A model generated the notes under the pieces. That model worked only from the letters and a program-made list of their open reading frames with translations, was not told the origin of the DNA and did not search any database. Made by a program: the position numbers and the translations under genes. This document shows, in pieces, positions 57,224 to 64,000 of a stretch of DNA of 64,000 nucleotides (within the stretch, counting starts at the first letter, position 1; each line of letters begins with the position of its first letter). Source of the stretch: an uncultured Lachnospiraceae bacterium (GTDB taxonomy: Bacteria; Bacillota; Clostridia; Lachnospirales; Lachnospiraceae); NCBI GenBank assembly GCA_902776395.1, contig CACYQC010000001.1:1419-65418 (forward strand), written 5' to 3'.

Positions 57224-58993
57224 ATGAGTGAGACAAAAGAAACTCCAAAGAAGGTTGATTGGAACGAGAAGTTTGGCAAGAAGTCAGACAAGAAATCAGG
57301 AAAGAAAGTCCTGATTATTGGAATCGCTGTTGCGGTTGTTGTGCTTGTAGCGGCATTTGCGATTTTCAATAAGCTGAAGCAAGGCATGCAGGCTGCGAAG
57401 GATGCGCTTGGAGATGGCGTAATCGTAGATGAGTATGGTGAGAAGGACATGTCGACCTATGTTGATGTAACAGGAACAGTTGAAAGCCAGGAGGTTGTAA
57501 ATGTAACAACAGCTCTTGCATATCCTGTTGATGAGATCAAGGTTGAGGTCGGTGACCATGTTAAGAAGGGCGACGTTCTGTGCAAGATCAACACAGATGA
57601 TATAGATGAGAAGATTGAGGCACTTGAGGCACAGGCTTCTGATGAAGATAGAATGAAGGCTAAAGAGCTTGAAAGTGCAGCGCACAGCGTAAATGCTGCT
57701 GCAGGTAGCAAGAACAGAGCTGTAAATGAAGCTGGTCGTGCTATCGAGGGAAGCAAGGCGGAGTATGATGCGGCTGTTGCGGAGTATAACGCTTTGAAAG
57801 AAGCTTATGATGCTGCTGTGGCAGAAAGAACTGCTTATTTAGCGGCTAAAGATACTTATGATAAAGAGAAGACAGCTTACGATGCCGCTGTAAAAGCAAA
57901 GGATGAGAGTGCACAACCAGCTCCAGAAGAAAGTGAAGCTCCAGTGGAAGGGGAAGAAACAACTGAAACGCCTGCCTCAGGGGAACCTGAACCTGTTGAA
58001 CCAGTTGCACCTACTCCTCCAGCAATGACTGATAAAGAATTTGAGGCCCTTGAGCTTGAGTATCAAACTGCTGCTGCAAAGCTACCTGCAGCGGAGGCTG
58101 CATATAACCAGGCTTCTGGTTCTTACAATGACACAGTTGCTGCTGCAGCTGAGGGATATCAGACAGCTAAGGATCAGAGTGATCTGACAGTTATTAGCAA
58201 CACCCAGAGTTATTCGCAAATCTCTGTTGAGCTTGCTAATTGCTACAAGGATAAGAACGACGCAGTTATCATTGCTGAGACAAGCGGTATAGTTACTTCT
58301 ATAAATGCAACAGAGGGACTTCCTGCAAATGGTTCCATCATGACAATAGAGAATGATGAGAAGCTCAAGATGGATGTTGACATTAAGGAGAAGGACATTT
58401 TCTCTGTTAAAGAAGGCATGACTGTTGAATTCAGTAACAGTTCACTTACAAATGTAACTGGTAAAGGTAAGGTTGATAAGGTTATTCAGTTCGCAACAAC
58501 TGGTGCTCCTACAGCAGGTGAAAATGGCCAGATTTCTGCCGGCGATAATGCATTTAAAGCTACCCTTACAATTGATGATTATAAAGATATGCTTCTGGGA
58601 ATGAAGCTGAAGGCTCGTATTGCTACTGGTGAAGAGTTGACAACAGAGGCTGTTCCATATACAGCTATTATGTCAGATGTAGATGGCGACTATGTTTATG
58701 TAGCTGAACCTGCTGGAAATGGAATGTATATGGTTTCTAGAAGGTCTATCGAAAAGGGTATGAGCGGTGATTACTATACTGAGGTTACTGACGGTGAGCT
58801 AGAAGAAGGCGACCTTGTAATTGCATACCCAAGTACAGTTTCTCTGAACACAGTAATTACAATCAAAGAGGATGATAAGAATTCAGAGTCAAAGGAAAGC
58901 TCAGAAGAGAAGGAAGAATCTGATTCGAAGGATGATTCAGAGTCTAAAGACAAAGAAGATAAAAAGGATAGCAAGGACAAAGACGAAAAGTAA
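57224..58993 (+). CDS. MacA-like membrane fusion/adaptor protein with Pro/Glu-rich insert and charged tail
   Basis: N-terminal TM, VEVGDHVKKGDVL lipoyl-like half motif, coiled coil, VP..A, GL.EGD.V. Confidence 0.85.
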   Translation: MSETKETPKKVDWNEKFGKKSDKKSGKKVLIIGIAVAVVVLVAAFAIFNKLKQGMQAAKDALGDGVIVDEYGEKDMSTYVDVTGTVESQEVVNVTTALAYPVDEIKVEVGDHVKKGDVLCKINTDDIDEKIEALEAQASDEDRMKAKELESAAHSVNAAAGSKNRAVNEAGRAIEGSKAEYDAAVAEYNALKEAYDAAVAERTAYLAAKDTYDKEKTAYDAAVKAKDESAQPAPEESEAPVEGEETTETPASGEPEPVEPVAPTPPAMTDKEFEALELEYQTAAAKLPAAEAAYNQASGSYNDTVAAAAEGYQTAKDQSDLTVISNTQSYSQISVELANCYKDKNDAVIIAETSGIVTSINATEGLPANGSIMTIENDEKLKMDVDIKEKDIFSVKEGMTVEFSNSSLTNVTGKGKVDKVIQFATTGAPTAGENGQISAGDNAFKATLTIDDYKDMLLGMKLKARIATGEELTTEAVPYTAIMSDVDGDYVYVAEPAGNGMYMVSRRSIEKGMSGDYYTEVTDGELEEGDLVIAYPSTVSLNTVITIKEDDKNSESKESSEEKEESDSKDDSESKDKEDKKDSKDKDEK

Positions 58994-59008
58994 AAGGATG
59001 TGACTGTA

Positions 59009-59833
59009 ATGGATAAAGTAATTGAAATGCAGCACATCAATAAGAAATACTATGAAGGTATGGAAAATGAGCTGCATATACTTCATGATATAGATCTTAC
59101 TGTAAATGATGGCGAGTTTGTGGCGCTAGTAGGTGAGTCGGGTTCTGGTAAATCAACAATGATGAATATTATCGGAGCGCTGGATAGACCTACCTCTGGT
59201 CAGTATTATCTGGCGGGCGAAGATATATCTACACTCGATGATGACAGACTCAGTGAGATTAGAAATAAAGAAATAGGCTTCGTATTCCAGAGTGCATATA
59301 TGATACCTCGTATATCTGCTGTAGAGAACGTTGAGGTGCCACTTATGTATGCCGGAATGTCAAGAGGCGAGAGACGAGATAAAGCTATGTCCCTCCTGGA
59401 AATGGTCGGCATGGGCGAGAGATATAAACACAAGGCAAATGAGCTCTCAGGTGGACAGAATCAGAGAGTTGCTATTGCAAGAGCCCTTGCTTGTGACCCT
59501 TCAATTATTCTGGCGGATGAGCCAACAGGTGCGCTGGATTCTAAGACCGGACACCTTATTATGGATATTTTCCATAGACTGCATGATGAACAGAAGAAAA
59601 CAATCGTTCTGATCACACACAGTAAGGAACTGGCGGCTGAGACAGAAAGAATAATTACTATTAGTGATGGTTATATAATAAAGGATGAAAGAAATGAGCT
59701 ATTCCAGATGAGAAGGGATGCTCGAAAGAAGGATCCAAATGCTGACAGGATGAGTCTTGAAACATCATCTTCGGATGAATCAGATGTTATCCTGAACGAA
59801 GTTGGTGAGCCTGAGGAAGGAGGTGCTGAGTAA
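59009..59833 (+). CDS. ABC transporter ATP-binding protein (MacB/LolD-like)
   Basis: [33 protein letters not shown]. Confidence 0.93.
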   Translation: MDKVIEMQHINKKYYEGMENELHILHDIDLTVNDGEFVALVGESGSGKSTMMNIIGALDRPTSGQYYLAGEDISTLDDDRLSEIRNKEIGFVFQSAYMIPRISAVENVEVPLMYAGMSRGERRDKAMSLLEMVGMGERYKHKANELSGGQNQRVAIARALACDPSIILADEPTGALDSKTGHLIMDIFHRLHDEQKKTIVLITHSKELAAETERIITISDGYIIKDERNELFQMRRDARKKDPNADRMSLETSSSDESDVILNEVGEPEEGGAE

Positions 59834-61134
59834 TGACATTTTACGAAAACCTCCGACTAGCGTGGTCATGTGTTAAATCTAATAAGATGAGATCGATACT
59901 TACTATGTTGGGTATCATTATCGGTATCAGTGCCGTTATTACGATTTCAACTCTTGGTTCCTCACTTAGACAGACAATATCAGGTACTTATTCTGATATG
60001 ATGACAACAAATCAGCTGGCCTTTATGTGGGTTAATACAAGTGATGATGACTCGGTGGAGGCTCCAGTTAAGTTTGATCTCGAGAATTGCTATGAGTTCA
60101 AAGAGGCATTTACGGGCCAGATATCAGCTGTAATGTTGGATCATAATTTAGGTGTGGGCACCTGCTATAATGGTGATGAGAAGAAGATGGTAAACATCGT
60201 GGGTTATAGCGAAGGATACTGCGAGTCCAATAAGTATGAGCTTACGATGGGAAGAGATGTTGATTTCCAGGATAGCTTTGAAACGAGAAAGGTGTGCGTT
60301 GTATCTGAAAACTTTGTAAAATACGCTCTTGATGATATTTCTAATCCAATAGGCCAGAAGGTTGAGTTCGAGACTTCTGATGGAACTATAGTTTCTGCAT
60401 ATATCATTGGCGTTTATAAGATGGATAACAAGCAGTCTAGCCTTACAGGTCAGGCTAAAGTAGCAGAAAAGGATAAAGTTACAGATGTTATCATACCAGT
60501 TACTTATTCATGGGATATCGCTGAGGTTCCTGAAAACAAGAGATTTACTGAACCGCTATATATAAGTGGAGCTCCAGGCGTAGACGGTACTGCCCTGAAA
60601 GAGAATGTTACAAAGTATTTTGAATCTAAAAAAGAAGCGGGCAGTCCGTATTTCCTCTATATTCAGAGTTTGGAAGAACAGCTTAAAACTATTAGTAAGG
60701 TAATGGATGTTATTACAATAGTTATTTCTATTATTGCTGCTATATCACTTATCGTTGGTGGTATCGGTGTTATGAATATCATGCTGGTATCCGTTGTTGA
60801 ACGTACTAAGGAAATTGGTATTAGAAAAGCTCTTGGTGCTAAGAACAAAGTTATTGAAGCACAGTTCCTGGTGGAATCAGTTCTGATATGTGCAATTGGT
60901 GGCGTTGTCGGAATTCTTCTGGGACTTCTAAATGGTGGAATAATAGCGATTGTTGCGAAGGCTATTGTATCAAACTCTGAGGACTTCTCATTTATATCTG
61001 TAAATGTTAGTCCGCCTGTCATGATGATTGTTATTTCGTTCCTGTTCTCTACACTTGTAGGTGTTGTATTTGGTCTATATCCTGCTCGTAGAGCAGCTAG
61101 ACTTTCACCTATCGATGCACTTAGATATGAATAA
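59833..61134 (+). CDS. MacB/FtsX-family ABC permease
   Basis: RSILTMLGIIIG, GGIGVMNIMLVSV.ERTKEIGIRKALGA, PARRAARLSPIDALRYE. Confidence 0.93.
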   Translation: MTFYENLRLAWSCVKSNKMRSILTMLGIIIGISAVITISTLGSSLRQTISGTYSDMMTTNQLAFMWVNTSDDDSVEAPVKFDLENCYEFKEAFTGQISAVMLDHNLGVGTCYNGDEKKMVNIVGYSEGYCESNKYELTMGRDVDFQDSFETRKVCVVSENFVKYALDDISNPIGQKVEFETSDGTIVSAYIIGVYKMDNKQSSLTGQAKVAEKDKVTDVIIPVTYSWDIAEVPENKRFTEPLYISGAPGVDGTALKENVTKYFESKKEAGSPYFLYIQSLEEQLKTISKVMDVITIVISIIAAISLIVGGIGVMNIMLVSVVERTKEIGIRKALGAKNKVIEAQFLVESVLICAIGGVVGILLGLLNGGIIAIVAKAIVSNSEDFSFISVNVSPPVMMIVISFLFSTLVGVVFGLYPARRAARLSPIDALRYE

Positions 61135-61250
61135 TAATTACTTGATGATATTTACTTGTTGACATATACATTAGTGTATTGTATTTTATGTCTTGTAAAT
61201 AATACTAATCAGTATTTCCAGATGGAGTATATTTTAAAGGAGACATGATT

Positions 61251-61487
61251 ATGATATTTGATAAGCTTGTAGAGATAATGATGGACCAATTGTCTATTCA
61301 GCCACAGGATATAACAGTGGATACAGCATTTAAGGATGATTTGGCACTGGATTCACTTGATCTGTATGACCTTATTATGGCACTTGAAGATGAGTTTAAC
61401 ATCGAACTGCCGGCAGAGAGACAGGAAGAAATTGTGACGGTAGACGATCTGATAAGAGTTCTTAAAGAACTTGGAGTAGAAGAGTAA
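61251..61487 (+). CDS. acpP: Acyl carrier protein
   Basis: FKDDLALDSLD phosphopantetheine site; acidic; start 61245-61251 uncertain. Confidence 0.88.
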   Translation: MIFDKLVEIMMDQLSIQPQDITVDTAFKDDLALDSLDLYDLIMALEDEFNIELPAERQEEIVTVDDLIRVLKELGVEE

Positions 61488-61498
61488 TATATAAATGA

Positions 61499-61526
61499 GC
61501 GAGCTACTGAAAGGTAGCTCGTTTTT
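61499..61526 (+). terminator. Intrinsic terminator
   Basis: GCGAGCTAC-tgaaag-GTAGCTCGT plus T-run. Confidence 0.75.
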
Positions 61527-61582
61527 ATATGAAAAGAAAAATGTAGAGCATTTTTCAAAAGATAAATATAGGTGGAGAAAAT

Positions 61583-62377
61583 ATGTATTCATTTGAAACT
61601 AGAGTGAGATATAGTGAGCTTGCGGAGGATAGAAGCGCCAGCCTCGTATCAATAATTAATTATTTTCAGGACTGTTGTACATTTGAATCTGAGGATGGAG
61701 AGATAGGTCTAGATTGGTTGGCAGAGCATGATACTGCTTGGATGCTGACGGGCTGGCAGATTCATATAATAAGAAGCCCAAGGTATTGTGAGAGAGTGAA
61801 GGTTACTACATGGGCATGCGGCTTTAAATATTTTGTTGGTAAAAGAAGCTTCACAATAACTACGCTGGAGGGCGAGGTTCTTGTGTATGCTATGTCAGAC
61901 TGGGCATATATGAATGTGAAGAAACAGCTTCCTGAGAAGAACGTACCCCAGAAGGAACTGGATGTTTATGGAATGGCTGTTCCAATCGAAGAGAGATTCG
62001 AAGAATTTGGAATAAAAGAATTTGCCGAAGCTGATCCGGACAGAACAGTGCTTAAAGGGAAAATACAGATTCCGGACGAGAAGGATCCAGATGTTACAGT
62101 TGAGGATTCTCTGGATATGAATGCAGTGACTCCTATACTTGTCACAGCGGATAATCTTGATACTAACCACCACGTCAACAACGCACAGTATGTCGCACTT
62201 GCTAAGTCGGTCATACCAGAGGAGATTGATGTTAGACATTTCCGGGCAGAGATAAAGAAGCAGTCTGTCCTTGGCGATGTTATTTATCCTGTTCTCTACC
62301 GAGAAAAATCTCGCCTCGTCGTCGTACTAAACGACGAGAACCGCACTCCAAAACTAATCGCCGAATTCCACATCTAA
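61583..62377 (+). CDS. Acyl-ACP thioesterase
   Basis: RVRYSE, V.TW, LDTNHHVNNAQY. Confidence 0.88.
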   Translation: MYSFETRVRYSELAEDRSASLVSIINYFQDCCTFESEDGEIGLDWLAEHDTAWMLTGWQIHIIRSPRYCERVKVTTWACGFKYFVGKRSFTITTLEGEVLVYAMSDWAYMNVKKQLPEKNVPQKELDVYGMAVPIEERFEEFGIKEFAEADPDRTVLKGKIQIPDEKDPDVTVEDSLDMNAVTPILVTADNLDTNHHVNNAQYVALAKSVIPEEIDVRHFRAEIKKQSVLGDVIYPVLYREKSRLVVVLNDENRTPKLIAEFHI

Positions 62378-62658
62378 TGAGTATATAGGGACGGTTCTTA
62401 TTTACTCACTCAATGAGTATATAGGGACGGTTCTGTTTTACTCACTTTTTAATAAATAGATAGAAATACCTTAATATACAAATAACAAGATCGAAAAAAA
62501 AGCTGAATAATGAAATGACAAAATAGTGACGGTTTATATTGCGTAATTTGAATCGTTAAAATTCTTTAAACAAAAAGAAAGGTGATCACTCAGTGAGCGA
62601 TCACCTTTTTTGTATCAATTTTGATTGAGTAAATAAGAAACGTCCCTATATACTCATT
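62376..62658. repeat. REP-like 35-bp repeats: two tandem direct copies and one inverted copy
   Basis: aatgagtatatagggacggttct..tttactcact at 62376 and 62412; inverted copy at 62624-62658. Confidence 0.75.
62578..62611. terminator. Bidirectional terminator between convergent genes
   Basis: AAAGGTGATCACTC-agt-GAGCGATCACCTTT with A/T runs on both sides. Confidence 0.75.
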
Positions 62659-62664
62659 TGTGGA

Positions 62665-63999
62665 TTAGCCGAGGATTACTTCGACTTTGTGTGTTGCGCC
62701 ATCACCGATAGCTGGGATAACATTTCCGTCAACAGCCTTGCCATCGATTGTGAGTGACTTAACACCCTTCTGTATGTGATCTGGATTCTTAACCTCAATC
62801 TCGTATGTATCTCCACGGAACTGACGAGTAGCTGTGAAGCCATCCCATGCAGCTGGAATAGAAGGATCAACCTTCAGACCATCCCAGTCAGGTGTGATAC
62901 CAAGGATGTACTGGCTGATTGCTACGAAGTTCCAAGCGGCAGTACCTGTAAGCCATGAGTTTTTAGCTTCGCCCTGACGTCCTGCATCTTTACCAGCAAC
63001 CATCTGTGCATATACATATGGCTCTGTTCTATGAAGATCTGATATATCCTCAAGGAATGCAGGAGCTATACGTGAATACCAGTCAAATGCCTTATCACCC
63101 TGTCCTGCGTAAGCGGCAGCACAGATCATCCATGCATTGTTGTGGCAGAATACACCAGCATTCTCTTTATAACCAGCTGGGTATGTTGAAATCTCACCAT
63201 ACTCAATGTAATACTTTGTAAATGCTGGGTTGTTAAGTACAAGACCATACTTACAACCGAGCTTATCTTCAACAGCGTTGATAACTTTCTCAGCCCATCC
63301 GTCTTCTTTACCAATGTCTGACATGATACCGAAGCCCTGTGGCTCGATGAAGATCTGTCCCTCTTCGCATTCCTTAGAACCAACCTTACGTCCAAGGTCA
63401 TCGTATGCTCTGATAAACCAGTCGCCATCCCAACCATACTGCTTAATGATATCCTTCATCTTATCTATCTCAGCCTGAGCTGCAGCAGCCTCAGCCTCAT
63501 CGCCCTTGTACTTGCAAAGTGCAACGTAATCAGGACCTGCATAAGTGAAGAGTGTTGCTACGAATATTGACTCAGCAACATCTGAGAAGCCCTTATCACC
63601 ATACTTAGGTGATGTATATGTCTGGAAGCTTTCTCCTGGTGTATCTGACCAGCATGAAAGGTTCAGACAGTCATTCCAGTCAGCTCTCATTGAAAGTGGA
63701 AGTCCGTGAGGACCTGTTTCCTTAGCAACCTTGTAGAAGGACTGCTTCAGGTGATGCATCATTGGCTGTGCAAGTGACTCATCATTTCTATATGGAACCA
63801 TCTCATCAAGGATTGAGTAATCACCAGTCTCCTTGATGTATGCAGCTGTTGACATGATCATCCACATTGGATCATCTGAGAAGTTACCGCCGAGAGTATC
63901 ATTTCCCTTCTTAGTAAGTGGCTGATACTGATGGAAGCATCCACCATCTTCGAACTGTGTAGCAGCCAGATCAAGGATTCTCTCACGAGCTCTATCTGG
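62665..63999 (-). CDS. GH94 cellobiose phosphorylase-like enzyme, 5' part lies beyond the window
   Basis: Frame open to the window edge ([24 protein letters not shown]); [28 protein letters not shown]. Confidence 0.9.
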   Translation of the reverse strand, partial: PDRARERILDLAATQFEDGGCFHQYQPLTKKGNDTLGGNFSDDPMWMIMSTAAYIKETGDYSILDEMVPYRNDESLAQPMMHHLKQSFYKVAKETGPHGLPLSMRADWNDCLNLSCWSDTPGESFQTYTSPKYGDKGFSDVAESIFVATLFTYAGPDYVALCKYKGDEAEAAAAQAEIDKMKDIIKQYGWDGDWFIRAYDDLGRKVGSKECEEGQIFIEPQGFGIMSDIGKEDGWAEKVINAVEDKLGCKYGLVLNNPAFTKYYIEYGEISTYPAGYKENAGVFCHNNAWMICAAAYAGQGDKAFDWYSRIAPAFLEDISDLHRTEPYVYAQMVAGKDAGRQGEAKNSWLTGTAAWNFVAISQYILGITPDWDGLKVDPSIPAAWDGFTATRQFRGDTYEIEVKNPDHIQKGVKSLTIDGKAVDGNVIPAIGDGATHKVEVILG

Positions 64000-64000
64000 A

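Noticed and set aside
62376-62446. CRISPR array from 36-bp-period repeats
   Set aside because: Only two adjacent copies with no spacer, a third is inverted, and there are no cas genes.
93-63478. Many short antisense or alternate-frame ORFs in the track (e.g. 654-884, 10923-11567, 17356-17934, 42120-42446)
   Set aside because: They overlap well-supported genes, lack RBS and motifs, and have shadow-ORF composition.

Overview
Low-GC Firmicute chromosomal window; gene content and signals suggest a Lachnospiraceae/Eubacterium-like anaerobe (inference). It has three parts. (1) 1-16.5 kb: a co-oriented run of small accessory genes (cysteine hydrolases, GNATs, methyltransferase, Fic, TetR/MerR/XRE/HxlR modules, a nonsense-mutated fucO and a lipoprotein fusing acetolactate decarboxylase to a VanX-type dipeptidase). 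(2) About 16,537-45,630: a ~29 kb integrative mobilisable element inserted in the first 10 codons of a low-molecular-weight protein-tyrosine phosphatase gene. It has two tandem left att sites with identical arm-site geometry, a ParM partition module with a 3x37 bp repeat, an oriT-like region with a MobA/MobL relaxase, an HTH-NB-ARC-TPR protein divergent from xis-int, and a hairpin array upstream of xis. Its main cargo is a ~18 kb nitrogen/amine-scavenging cluster: C26 hydrolase, small alarmone synthetase, PucR, amino-acid ABC transporter, class III aminotransferase, Fe-ADH, circularly permuted ATP-grasp, alpha-E, transglutaminase, two M14 deacylases, citrate synthase and IDH, with ANTAR-like leaders. 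(3) 45.6-64 kb: mostly housekeeping genes (LMW-PTP, a large atypical kinase-like protein, 2-hydroxyacid dehydrogenase, PLP decarboxylase, proA, HAD, MATE, MacAB-like ABC system, ACP, thioesterase, partial cellobiose phosphorylase) plus REP-like repeats. No rRNA, tRNA or CRISPR array was seen. All calls come from motif recognition by eye; no database searches were run.
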